Part shown: piece by piece, positions 40,720 through 49,924 of the stretch
Numbering within the stretch: position 1 is the first letter of the stretch
Layout of the letters: each line of letters opens with the position of its first letter
Sequence record: NZ_CP109675.1
Length of the DNA: 64,000 nt
Direction: 5' to 3' (one strand)
From: a plasmid
Made by a program: the position numbers and the translations under genes
Notes under the pieces: generated by a model
What the model was told of the DNA's origin: nothing
Databases searched by the model: none
Seen by the model: only the letters and a program-made list of their open reading frames with translations

Positions 40720-40911
40720 TCAGTTACCTTTTCCACCCTGCAAAATGAAATGACCGCCGATATACACCGCACGCTGGCAGGTCATGTAATAGCATATTTC
40801 GTCGATCACCTGCTCCGTTCTTAATTCCCGTTGACCATTTTCACGTCGACGGGCGTTAATAATATTTTTGTACTGACGCAGGATGTCACGGGTCTGTGGA
40901 TCAAGTTTCAT
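40720..40911 (-). CDS. hypothetical 63 aa, basic
   Basis: AAGGAG RBS. Confidence 0.3.
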   Translation of the reverse strand: MKLDPQTRDILRQYKNIINARRRENGQRELRTEQVIDEICYYMTCQRAVYIGGHFILQGGKGN

Positions 40912-40953
40912 TTTTATTCTCCTTTGTGGCGGGGCCCTGCCCCGCCTCTGACA

Positions 40954-41454
40954 TCAACCGTTGAACACGTAGCCATCCAGAAATACCAGACCATCCAGGA
41001 ACAAATCCCGCGCCCAGGCTCCCATATCGAAATAGCAACGCAGCGATTCCGGAATGTCATTGAGAAGGCCGCACTCTTCTGCCATAGTCCAGGCGTAGTC
41101 CTCTTCGCTCTCAGCTTCTCCGCAATAAGCATCCTCGAAGGCGTCATAATCACACTCTCCGGAGTATTCCACCCAGGCAATAAATGCAGCATCCATACCG
41201 TCTTCTACTGCGCGCTTGTAGGCTTCAATGAAATTCCAGTCAACGGAAGATTCGGATGCAAATGCTGACGGGATCCCTTCCCAGTCCTGGAACATGAGTT
41301 CCGGGTCGGATTCATTGGCGTGCAGCTCGTTGCAGGCTTCCAGAAACTCTGCTTTATCATCAAAGTCGGTGAGGTCAAACCATTTACCGTAGAGGCTACC
41401 GCAGTTGTATTTGTGGTATGTACCTACATAAATCGCCGGGGTGGTAGTGTTCAT
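40954..41454 (-). CDS. ardA: ArdA antirestriction protein (DNA mimic)
   Basis: MNTTTPAIYVGTYHKYNCGSLYGKWFDLTDFDDKAEFLEACNELHANESDPELMFQDWEGIP. Acidic, 166 aa. GGAGG RBS. Track ORF's upstream extension is the repeat element, not coding. Confidence 0.9.
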   Translation of the reverse strand: MNTTTPAIYVGTYHKYNCGSLYGKWFDLTDFDDKAEFLEACNELHANESDPELMFQDWEGIPSAFASESSVDWNFIEAYKRAVEDGMDAAFIAWVEYSGECDYDAFEDAYCGEAESEEDYAWTMAEECGLLNDIPESLRCYFDMGAWARDLFLDGLVFLDGYVFNG

Positions 41455-41494
41455 AAAACTCCTCCAGTGTCTGTGTCGTCTGAGTTCCGGCTTA

Positions 41495-41721
41495 CGCCGT
41501 GCCGACACGACAGCCCGACTTCGAGCGGAAGATGCAGGGGCGACACCGGAGGCCGCAGCGCAGATAAACAGCGATGACGGTCTGGACGGTTCTCCCGCGA
41601 ATATTGAGCGGGAGAACGACGGGAAGAACGGCATCAGGCGTAAAAATCTGCGACCGGGCGAGGATGGCGGCGGAGCGAACCCTTGCATCTGAAGCGATCG
41701 GGCTAAAGTGAAGGCACGGCG
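41495..41721. repeat. ~226-bp GC-rich element with terminal inverted repeats (CGCCGTGCC...GGCACGGCG), copy A, 5' of ardA
   Basis: Near-identical to 42660-42885 and 45272-45497. Diverged copy 44412-44584. Confidence 0.8.
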
Positions 41722-41844
41722 TTAGCCGCAGACCGCACGGACGTTTTCACCTGCGTCCCCGTAACATCGTGGAGGGGGCGCCGGTAAAGCGGAGCGTGCG
41801 ACATCCTTTTCGCAATAAGGCGGGGCGCATTGCCCCGCCCAAAA

Positions 41845-42624
41845 TCAGGCGGCAATCCGGATGCCGGAGAAGGATTTCATCATCGCGTCAATCTCGGTTC
41901 GTGCGCTGCTGACCACATCCCGCAGCCAGTGTCTGTCAAACCAGTCGCGGGATGGGCTGTCAGGGTGACGAAGGGCATAAGGCACGTGGGTCTGCCCGAC
42001 TGTACGGCCATTGCATTCCAGACGGATTTGCAGACGGCGAAAGGTTTCCTTCCCGTCGAGTACCGCTTTAAGACGCGCGTCGAGCGTCTCATTATCCCAC
42101 TGCGCATCATCCTGCACCTGCTCCACTTCCGTTACTGTCAGGAGGAAATTACGGGTTCGGCGGGTAAATACCAGCGGTTCAGCGGCGGGGCGCAAGGCTT
42201 CCATCAGGCGGTATCCGGCGGATGCCACGCAGCTACAGACGTGGTTAATCTCGTCACGCAGGGCTTTCAGCAGACAGAGGATATGTTTCGTGGACATAGC
42301 CTCAGGGCAATTATCATATTCAAGCGAAATGGTTCCGGCATGAGCCTTACGATGCCCCAGCGAATTACGATAAAGGCGGACAATCAGTTCACTTCCTGCC
42401 AGTAATGACAGCAGCACCTTCATTGCCTGATCGGACATCAAACCACGCAGTGCAATCTCAGGTAACAGACGCTGCAACTGTAAAGCATCGAGCTGGCCAT
42501 AGAACGCAACGCCTTCTCCTCTGGAGTAATTCAGGCTTGTATCGATATCCATGTTGGCTGGCCAGCCGCGGGCTACGAGCGTGTTTCGGGTATGACGGTG
42601 CATAAAGCGGTAAGCAATGGTCAT
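41845..42624 (-). CDS. hypothetical leading-region protein (259 aa; start re-called, GAGGAG RBS)
   Basis: ORF. No motif recognised. Confidence 0.45.
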   Translation of the reverse strand: MTIAYRFMHRHTRNTLVARGWPANMDIDTSLNYSRGEGVAFYGQLDALQLQRLLPEIALRGLMSDQAMKVLLSLLAGSELIVRLYRNSLGHRKAHAGTISLEYDNCPEAMSTKHILCLLKALRDEINHVCSCVASAGYRLMEALRPAAEPLVFTRRTRNFLLTVTEVEQVQDDAQWDNETLDARLKAVLDGKETFRRLQIRLECNGRTVGQTHVPYALRHPDSPSRDWFDRHWLRDVVSSARTEIDAMMKSFSGIRIAA

Positions 42625-42659
42625 GATATTCTCCTCTTCTGAATGCGGCGACGTCTTCG

Positions 42660-42885
42660 CCGTGCCGACACGACAGCCCGACATCGAGCGGAAAATGCAG
42701 GGGCGACACCGGAGGCCGCAGCGCAGATAAACAGCGATGACGGTCTGGACGGTTCTCCCGCGAATATTGAGCGGGAGAACGACGGGAAGAACGGCATGAA
42801 GCATTAAATCACTGCGACCGGGCGAGGATGGCGGCGGAGCGAACCCTTGCATTTGCAGCGTTCGGGCTAAAGTGAAGGCACGGCG
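42660..42885. repeat. repeat element copy B, 5' of 41845-42624
   Basis: Sequence identity with copy A. Confidence 0.8.
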
Positions 42886-42986
42886 CTCACATCCGCCGCG
42901 CCAGCGCGGCATAAAAAGCGGAGTTAACGACATCCTCTTTCGCTGTGAATTGTCACCGGTTGCCGGGGACGCTCCCCCGGCCGTTC

Positions 42987-43409
42987 TCAGGCTACCAGCG
43001 CGTCTTTCAGTGCGTAGACGTCATTCCTTGCTTCCTTTACGGAATCGGGTTCAGGCCGCCCGGCCTCCCAGGCCATTCCGGCGCGATGCTCCAGCTCACA
43101 CTCATAGTCGCGCAGGACGCGTGCAAGTAAAGCTGCGGGTACACTCACCTGACGGTTTGCCGCTTCCCGCTGATGGGTCAGGAGATCGCTGACAGTCAGA
43201 TTATTTACCCCCTCCTGGCGGTATTGCGTCATTTTCATTTCACCAAGCGCCTTCATCACCGCCCGGATTTCAGCCTCGTCCGGTTCTGGCTGGGTTTCAC
43301 GGCAGGCCACGCTAATCCCCTCTTCCGTCCAGACCAGCAGGACCAGGGGTTCGTCAGACGTGAACATGGTTTCAAGCTGTACACAAAGTTCTTTGCGGGT
43401 TCCGTACAT
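42987..43409 (-). CDS. hypothetical 140 aa
   Basis: ORF only. Confidence 0.35.
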   Translation of the reverse strand: MYGTRKELCVQLETMFTSDEPLVLLVWTEEGISVACRETQPEPDEAEIRAVMKALGEMKMTQYRQEGVNNLTVSDLLTHQREAANRQVSVPAALLARVLRDYECELEHRAGMAWEAGRPEPDSVKEARNDVYALKDALVA

Positions 43410-43464
43410 TTTTTTATCTCTTTCGTAAGTGGTTACAGGCCGGGCATCAGCCCGGCAGGGTCAG

Positions 43465-43686
43465 TCAGCCCTGAAAGGTTTCGTCCAGCACCAGGGCTTC
43501 GCGGTAGGCTTCCAGAAGCAGGGTGTTGATCCGGCGCAGGGTCTGGGCGGCCATACGTTCAGCCAGCGTTGCCGCGTCGTGCCGGTGCTGAGATTCGAGG
43601 CGGTTCAGCAGCATCCGCACGTCACACATGGCATTGCTGAGCTCGGCCACGTCCGCGCGCAGGGATTCAAGGCCCGGGTAGTTCAT
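43465..43686 (-). CDS. hypothetical 73 aa, overlaps methyltransferase stop by 4 nt
   Basis: Operon context. Confidence 0.3.
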   Translation of the reverse strand: MNYPGLESLRADVAELSNAMCDVRMLLNRLESQHRHDAATLAERMAAQTLRRINTLLLEAYREALVLDETFQG

Positions 43687-44375
43687 GCCGCCTCCGGATA
43701 ATCAGGGTAAAACGTACCGTCATTGGCCGCCGGCATCCTTCTCGCCCGTTCAACCTGTGCCAGACGGCGAACGCCGGCGGCGTGGTACTGCTCAAGCATC
43801 TCGATCCCGATATAGCGGCGGCTGGCTTCGGCGGCGGCCACGCAGGTGGAGCCGCTACCGGCGAACGGGTCAAGGACAATGGCCCCCGGACGCGTGAGCG
43901 ATTCAATCAGTGGCCGCAGGCTCTGCACCGGCTTCTCCGTCGGATGGTGTCTGTTGCCCGTGTATTTCCAGGGGATCACGTCCGGGATGGGGCGGTCCGG
44001 GGTTTGCGGTCGCCCCTTCGCGAGCAGGTAAGCGTTCTCATGGGTGTAGCCCACGAACGTTGATTTGGAGGCATAACTCTTCGCAAAAACGATATGGCCA
44101 ACAACGCGGAACCCGGCCGATTTCCACGCATTGAGAAACAGATCTGCGCGGTTCCATGCGTAAAAGCTCACCATCAGACTGTCGTTTTTGAGTACGCGGT
44201 ACATTTCGTGGCACGCTGGCTGAAGCCATTCCGACGAATTGTCCCCGGCCAGAGTGCGACCGGTACGGTCCTTAAAGCCAACCAGATACGGGGGATCGGT
44301 AAGAATAAAATCAACGGCACGTGCCGGAAAACGGGACATCACCTGCACGCAGTCACCCAGGATATAACGGGACAT
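43683..44375 (-). CDS. orphan DNA methyltransferase, beta-class N6A/N4C (motif IV DPPY before motif I FAGSGST)
   Basis: ILTDPPYL and LDPFAGSGSTCVAA. 230 aa. GAGGAG RBS. No adjacent endonuclease. Confidence 0.8.
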   Translation of the reverse strand: MSRYILGDCVQVMSRFPARAVDFILTDPPYLVGFKDRTGRTLAGDNSSEWLQPACHEMYRVLKNDSLMVSFYAWNRADLFLNAWKSAGFRVVGHIVFAKSYASKSTFVGYTHENAYLLAKGRPQTPDRPIPDVIPWKYTGNRHHPTEKPVQSLRPLIESLTRPGAIVLDPFAGSGSTCVAAAEASRRYIGIEMLEQYHAAGVRRLAQVERARRMPAANDGTFYPDYPEAA

Positions 44376-44411
44376 AGACACACTCCTCTCTGATATGCGG
44401 CACCCTGTTGC

Positions 44412-44584
44412 GCCGTGCCGCCACAAAAACCCGGCTCTGAGCGGAGGGCGCAGGGGCGACGCCGCAAGCCGCAGCGCAAGCCTTTCACGGGCTGAATGCA
44501 CCGTGAAAGGTGCGAACGGGTGAGGACGGAGACAACGTGAACCCTTGCGACCGCAGCGGCCGGGTTAGCGTGAAGGCACGGCGT
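44412..44584. repeat. repeat element copy C (diverged), 5' of methyltransferase operon
   Basis: Shares termini GCCGTGCCG...GAAGGCACGGCG and internal blocks. Confidence 0.6.
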
Positions 44585-44771
44585 TGAACACGCCGCCGGC
44601 TGGCGGCAGAAAGGCGGAGGGCACCGACATCCTTTGGTACTGATTCTGGTAGCTGAAGTAGCCTCCCGTGTATGACAGAATGACCATAAGTGCGTGTCAG
44701 TACACCACTTTGTAGGATCATAAGCCTGGTATGTTTTGGGACGCCTCCGGTCGGTGGCGTCCTTTTTTCCG

Positions 44772-45239
44772 TTAGCCCCCCTTTACGTGGTCGATAGCGA
44801 ACTGCAATGTGTCCCAGTTAAAACCGATGCAGGCATCATGGCTGTGGTAACAGACACGCATGGCTTCAGCAATCTCCCCCTCTGTCAGGCTGTCATTGAG
44901 GGACATAAAGTCATCAGCCAGCCAGAACGTTCCCATACACAGCGCATCCTGCGGATACTGCTGTAGCCGTGCGATGTGATCTGCCACGGTTACTCCCTCG
45001 CGGCAGGCAGATAGCGACGGCAGCACACGATCGGCAATGTCATTCCAGTTCCACTCTTCGTCCTCCGGAACTGCCTCTTGAATAGTGCCGGTTTCCACAC
45101 CCGGCATCAGGGAAAGCTGCTCCAGCACCTCCCCCAGGTAAAGTCGTTCTCCGCAGGCATCCTCACTCCACAGATAATGGTTGTTGATATACACGGCAAA
45201 CTCGCCGTTGTTGAGTTCAATACAGGTCAGTCTGAACAT
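44772..45239 (-). CDS. hypothetical acidic protein 155 aa
   Basis: ORF only. Confidence 0.4.
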   Translation of the reverse strand: MFRLTCIELNNGEFAVYINNHYLWSEDACGERLYLGEVLEQLSLMPGVETGTIQEAVPEDEEWNWNDIADRVLPSLSACREGVTVADHIARLQQYPQDALCMGTFWLADDFMSLNDSLTEGEIAEAMRVCYHSHDACIGFNWDTLQFAIDHVKGG

Positions 45240-45271
45240 GGCTGTGTCCTAAGCATCCGGCACCCAGTTGC

Positions 45272-45497
45272 ACCGTGCCGACACGACAGCCCGACTTCGA
45301 GCGGAAGATGCAGGGGCGACACCGGAGGCCGCAGCGCAGATAAACAGCGATGACGTTCTGGACGGTTCTCCCGCGAATATTGAGCGGGAGAACGACGGGA
45401 AGAATGGCATCAGGCGTAAAAATCTGCGACCGGGCGAGGATGGCGGCGGAGCGAACCCTTGCATCTGAAGCGATCGGGCTAAAGTAAAGGCACGGCG
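45272..45497. repeat. repeat element copy D, 5' of 44772-45239
   Basis: Sequence identity with copy A. Confidence 0.8.
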
Positions 45498-45573
45498 GGG
45501 AACTTCTTTAGGCAACATAGAGTTAAAAAATGGGCAAAGCAAAAACTTGAAAGTACACTCAATAAAGTAATAA

Positions 45574-45593
45574 TACTGTATATAAATACAGTT
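45574..45593. promoter_or_regulatory. LexA (SOS) box TACTGTATATAAATACAGTT
   Basis: CTGT-N8-ACAG consensus, 11 nt upstream of impA RBS. Confidence 0.8.
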
Positions 45594-45604
45594 CGGAGGT
45601 GCCT

Positions 45605-46033
45605 ATGTTTGAATTATTGCGTGTCGATTGCGAGCCGGAAATTATCCCAATCCCTCTTTATAGCGAGGGATGCCCGGCGGGGTTCCCGTCCCCGGCGCAG
45701 GACTATGTCGAAGCCGAACTTGACCTCAACGATTACTGTATATCCCGACCCAGTTCGACATATTTTGTGCGAGCTATTGGTAATTCCATGACTGATATTG
45801 GGCTACATTCTGGCGATCTGATGATTGTTGATAAAGCCGAAAATGCACACCACGGCGATATCGTTATAGCTGAGATTGAAGGTGAATTTACTGTTAAGAG
45901 ATTATTGTTGAAACCGAGACCAGGGTTACAGGCAATGAATCCAGCCTACCCTACTCTATGGCCAGAACCTGAGCAGCTACAAATTTTCGGTGTCGTAACT
46001 GCCTTTGTACATAAAACCCGGGGACATGACTGA
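45605..46033 (+). CDS. impA: ImpA/UmuD-like S24 peptidase subunit of translesion polymerase
   Basis: [35 protein letters not shown] 45605. Confidence 0.85.
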   Translation: MFELLRVDCEPEIIPIPLYSEGCPAGFPSPAQDYVEAELDLNDYCISRPSSTYFVRAIGNSMTDIGLHSGDLMIVDKAENAHHGDIVIAEIEGEFTVKRLLLKPRPGLQAMNPAYPTLWPEPEQLQIFGVVTAFVHKTRGHD

Positions 46034-47304
46034 TGTTCGCCCTGGCAGATGTGAACAGCTTCTATGCGAGTTGTGAGAAGGTCTTTCGTCCTGACTTACG
46101 TGATAAACCGGTGGTCGTTCTTAGCAATAATGATGGTTGTGTAATAGCCAGATCGAAGGAAGCGAAACAGCTTGGGATCAAAATGGGGATTCCCTGGTTC
46201 CAGCTGAAGACAATGCAGTTCCCGGAGAAAGTGCTTACGTTTTCCAGCAATTATGAGCTTTACGCGAGTCTGAGCAACCGGGTCATGGCACATCTGGAAG
46301 AACTGGCGCCCCGCGTAGAGCAGTACAGCATCGACGAGATGTTCCTGGACATTCGCGGCATCGATGGCTGTACCGACTTTGAAGATTTCGGCCGGCAGCT
46401 GCGCGAGCACGTCCTAAGAGGAACCGGACTGACAATTGGCGTTGGGATGGGGCCAACAAAAACTTTAGCAAAATCAGCGCAATGGGCTTCAAAAGAGTGG
46501 CCGCAATTTGGGGGCGTGCTGGCCCTGACTACTGACAATCTTCGTAGGACGGAGAAACTGCTCTCACTGCAGCCAGTAGAGGAAATCTGGGGGGTTGGTC
46601 GCCGCATAGGCAAAAAGCTGAATACATACGGCGTGACGACTGCGCTACAGCTGGCGCGCATGAATCCTGCCTTTGTACGCAAAAACTTTACCGTAGTGCT
46701 GGAGCGAACCGTACGCGAGCTGAACGGTGAGGCCTGTATATCTCTTGAAGATGTACCGCCCGCGAAGCAGCAGATTGTCTGCAGCCGATCATTCGGGGAG
46801 CGCATCACCACTTACGAAGCGTTGCGGCAGGCTATCTGCCAGTATGCCGAACGCGCGGCTGAAAAACTGCGGGGAGAGCATCAGTTCTGCCGGCACATAT
46901 CGGTCTTTATCAAAACCTCCCCTTTCGCAGTCAACGAAGCGTATTACAGCAACGTGGCCAGTGAAAAACTTCTTGTGCCTACCCGTGACACCCGGGACAT
47001 CATTAACGCCTCAGTAAAGGCCCTGGATCGTATCTGGATCGACGGGCATAGATATGCAAAGGCTGGCGTAATGCTGAATGACTTCACCCCTACGGGAGTA
47101 GCACAGTTAAATCTTTTCGATGACGTTAAGCCGCAGGAACGAAGCGAGGAGCTTATGAAAGCCCTGGATGGCATAAACCATTCAGGGCTCGGGAGGGTAT
47201 GGTTTGCTGGCCGCGGAATTGCACCAGAATGGCAAATGAAAAGAGAGATGCTTTCTCCGGCATACACGACCAGGTGGTCCGATATCCCCAAAGCCTCAAT
47301 TTGA
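46033..47304 (+). CDS. impB: ImpB/UmuC-like Y-family DNA polymerase
   Basis: [41 protein letters not shown]. 423 aa. ATGA coupling. Confidence 0.9.
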   Translation: MFALADVNSFYASCEKVFRPDLRDKPVVVLSNNDGCVIARSKEAKQLGIKMGIPWFQLKTMQFPEKVLTFSSNYELYASLSNRVMAHLEELAPRVEQYSIDEMFLDIRGIDGCTDFEDFGRQLREHVLRGTGLTIGVGMGPTKTLAKSAQWASKEWPQFGGVLALTTDNLRRTEKLLSLQPVEEIWGVGRRIGKKLNTYGVTTALQLARMNPAFVRKNFTVVLERTVRELNGEACISLEDVPPAKQQIVCSRSFGERITTYEALRQAICQYAERAAEKLRGEHQFCRHISVFIKTSPFAVNEAYYSNVASEKLLVPTRDTRDIINASVKALDRIWIDGHRYAKAGVMLNDFTPTGVAQLNLFDDVKPQERSEELMKALDGINHSGLGRVWFAGRGIAPEWQMKREMLSPAYTTRWSDIPKASI

Positions 47305-47307
47305 GTA

Positions 47308-47697
47308 TCAGAAGAGGCCTTTCATTTTGACCCGGGCCTCTTCCAGTCGACGCTGCTCATCATCTTCAGCAATTTCAGGCTTGATTGCAGAATCAAAATT
47401 TCCTGCGCCCAGTTCTGCAAGCACATCACGGATATTGGCCTGGGATGGCTTCCATCCCGTTGTCTGACTGATTAAACCTACCAGGCTATCCGCCGTGAAA
47501 CTCTTATCCAACAACAGCGCAAGTAAGCCAGGAAGCCGCGGGTCGAGGTGGTGAAGTGCTAAGCCGGAAATAAGCGCTCTCCTATATAAATCTCCTCTAT
47601 CGTTCCGTGGGACAGAATCAATAATGTCTAAAGACACATTGTCCGCCACCTGGTCCGGATGAAGATAAACAGTAAACTTCTTCCGTTCCTCGCTCAC
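47308..47697 (-). CDS. stbB: StbB/ParR-like partition adaptor
   Basis: GTG start 4 nt after stbA stop with AAGGGGA RBS. 129 aa. Confidence 0.5.
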   Translation of the reverse strand: MSEERKKFTVYLHPDQVADNVSLDIIDSVPRNDRGDLYRRALISGLALHHLDPRLPGLLALLLDKSFTADSLVGLISQTTGWKPSQANIRDVLAELGAGNFDSAIKPEIAEDDEQRRLEEARVKMKGLF

Positions 47698-47701
47698 AGT
47701 C

Positions 47702-48673
47702 CTATTCCCCTTTAAATGCAGCGATGGCTTCTACGAGTGATGTTTGCGGTGAATCCATCATGACAACCTTCGAGCCCAGATGTTGCCATGCTGCTTTAAC
47801 AGCATCCTCGATCAGTGGCGCACCGCCACCAACAATATAAACGCGGTTAACGTCCCTAAACCCAGCCAAGTCATCGACAACCTGGGCACCCAGTGTAGCG
47901 ATCGCGCTATCGATGGTATCCAACACCAGTGCCGTCTTGCTTTCGTCGTTGATAACCTGCCGGACGAAGTCAGCGTTTGTACGCTGTTTGATAAGTTCAT
48001 CGGCGACCATAGCACTCGTGTTGCTGGAAGCCATTTTTAACGCCGTGAGTGCAGCGTTCGTTACCAGCGATACGCCGATATCAGAATTTCCGTGTATCGC
48101 GCTGACAGAGTCGAACTGGCCAACGATAACGCCAACGTCGAGAGTTGTACCTCCGAGGTCAATCACCAGAGACTTTTCGAACTGCCCTACATTGTCTTTC
48201 ACCAGACGTTCAAATACGGCAGGCAAGGATTCTGGCATGACTTCGACGTGCTCGATGGTAAACACCTCGCCTTTGTTCAACTTGACTGGACGCATCAGGT
48301 TGTCGATTTTCCTCTGAATATTCAGCTCATTCTTCTGACAATCCCTTGTGTAGAACTCACTGATAGGCAAAGTAACAGTCAGTGAGACAGGCTGAGGTTT
48401 CAGCCCGCTGTTCAGAAGTGCATGGTGAACCGCCAGAACGTTTACATCGGTATATTGATACTCAATATGAGTAGTAAGAATGGATTCATTGCTGACTTCG
48501 TCATAGGTGTATTTTTTACCTTCAAGCTCATAGTTGAAGGTCTGACGTACGCCCATACCTTCCACCTTCCAACCCTGACGAAAAGAGTTAGATGACAATG
48601 ACTTATAAAGTTTCTTATTGTGGAGCCATGCAAGTTTTACAGTTGTAGAACCATCATCACAATACACTTTCAT
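47702..48673 (-). CDS. stbA: StbA/ParM actin-like segregation ATPase
   Basis: MKVYCDDGSTTVKLAWL. 323 aa. Start re-called. Confidence 0.75.
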   Translation of the reverse strand: MKVYCDDGSTTVKLAWLHNKKLYKSLSSNSFRQGWKVEGMGVRQTFNYELEGKKYTYDEVSNESILTTHIEYQYTDVNVLAVHHALLNSGLKPQPVSLTVTLPISEFYTRDCQKNELNIQRKIDNLMRPVKLNKGEVFTIEHVEVMPESLPAVFERLVKDNVGQFEKSLVIDLGGTTLDVGVIVGQFDSVSAIHGNSDIGVSLVTNAALTALKMASSNTSAMVADELIKQRTNADFVRQVINDESKTALVLDTIDSAIATLGAQVVDDLAGFRDVNRVYIVGGGAPLIEDAVKAAWQHLGSKVVMMDSPQTSLVEAIAAFKGE

Positions 48674-48686
48674 CCTGAACCCCTTA

Positions 48687-48896
48687 ATACTCAAATTGAG
48701 AAAAATGATTGAACTTAAGTGCCTAAGCACTCAGATTGAGTATTAAATCATAAGTATGAAATATTAAAACACAAGTAATATTTATGATTTATTAAAAAAT
48801 AAATCATATCTCACACTTCATACTTCATATTTTTGATTACAGTTGTTGACTATAACTACGTATGTGACAAAATAAATCATACTTCACACATCATAT
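48687..48896. repeat. centromere/operator repeats: CTCA(A/G)ATTGAG x2 (48687-48743) and AAATCATA...CATATTT iterons (48744-48764, 48799-48830, 48872-48896)
   Basis: Read directly. Lies between divergent stbA and parA. Confidence 0.5.
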
Positions 48897-48909
48897 TTAT
48901 GAGGCAGAA

Positions 48910-49548
48910 ATGATTACTGTCGTAGGTGGAAACAAAGGCGGTTCAGGTAAAACTACAACGGCATCAAACTTAGCAATAGCTCTAGCCCATGAGGGCCAAG
49001 ACGTATGCCTGTTAAATGGAGACTTACAACGGACGGCCGCTAAGCACCATGCTGAGCGTGAAGCATCGGGGATAGAGCCAACTTTCACGCTCATCGAAAA
49101 ATTCGATAATCTGACACAAACCCTTCGAGCATTAGACGAAAAGTATGATCATGTAATCGTGGATGTGGCAGGCAGAAACTCAAGAGAGTTCATTACTAGT
49201 GGAGTAGTCGCACATCAGATCATTGCACCATTACAATGCTCACAGCCCGACCTTGATACATTGACGGAACTTGCTCAGCAGATTGAAGCTATGCGTGATC
49301 TCAACCCTGAACTGAAGGTCTATTGCTTACAAAGCATGGCCACAACAAACCCAGTGCTAAGAGGAAATGAGCGGAAGGAGTTTCTGGAATACCTTGAAGA
49401 GTTTCCAACTATTGAAACGCTGCAAACAGTAATCTGTTTCCGCAAGGTCTATCGAGATTGCATGAGCAATGGAACGGGTGTCGTAGAAACGAATAATGAA
49501 GCGGCTAAAGCAGAAATTATGCAGCTAATGAAAGAGGTATTCGCATAA
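48910..49548 (+). CDS. parA: ParA/ParF-type small Walker ATPase
   Basis: MITVVGGNKGGSGKTTTASNLA deviant Walker A. 212 aa. Confidence 0.8.
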   Translation: MITVVGGNKGGSGKTTTASNLAIALAHEGQDVCLLNGDLQRTAAKHHAEREASGIEPTFTLIEKFDNLTQTLRALDEKYDHVIVDVAGRNSREFITSGVVAHQIIAPLQCSQPDLDTLTELAQQIEAMRDLNPELKVYCLQSMATTNPVLRGNERKEFLEYLEEFPTIETLQTVICFRKVYRDCMSNGTGVVETNNEAAKAEIMQLMKEVFA

Positions 49549-49826
49549 TGGTTAAAAAGCCGAGCCAGCAAGCGACAAGCAGAACAGGTGTCACAGCAGA
49601 ACAAGCTGAAGCCCTCGCGCAGCGCCTTGCCGATAAACCCTACGGAGCACCAGAAAAACCGGAACCTGAAAAACAGTGCCGCACGACAATCTCATTAGGG
49701 GAGTCTATGTTAGTGAAGGTCGAAGATATAGCACTGCGGAACAAGCGTAACGGGAAAGATCCTAAAAACGTCAGTGCAATAGTCAGAGAAGCCCTTGAAC
49801 TTTACTTTCAGAAAACTGGCGAGTAA
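49548..49826 (+). CDS. ParG-like RHH centromere-binding protein
   Basis: TAATG coupling. C-terminal RHH-like NVSAIVREALELYF. 92 aa. Confidence 0.5.
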   Translation: MVKKPSQQATSRTGVTAEQAEALAQRLADKPYGAPEKPEPEKQCRTTISLGESMLVKVEDIALRNKRNGKDPKNVSAIVREALELYFQKTGE

Positions 49827-49838
49827 GAACGATATTAC

Positions 49839-49865
49839 ATCATAAGTATGATGTGTGAAGTATGA
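49839..49865. repeat. inverted copy of iteron (ATCATAAGTATGATGTGTGAAGTATGA) downstream of parG
   Basis: Reverse complement of 48872-48896 motif. Confidence 0.55.
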
Positions 49866-49867
49866 CT

Positions 49868-49890
49868 TAGGCCGCATTAGCGGCCTTTCC
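49868..49890. terminator. hairpin AGGCCGCATTAGCGGCCT between convergent parG and recombinase
   Basis: 7-bp GC stem, weak T tract. Confidence 0.45.
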
Positions 49891-49924
49891 AATATCATGC
49901 AGGTCCTCATAGCTTACAGAGAAG

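Noticed and set aside
40954-41688. Track ORF extending ardA by 78 codons at the N-terminus (MQGFAPPPSSPGRRFLRL...), which recurs upstream of other genes
   Set aside because: The 'extension' is the translated 226-bp repeat. The genuine ArdA N-terminus MNTTTPAIYVG with GGAGG RBS starts at 41454.
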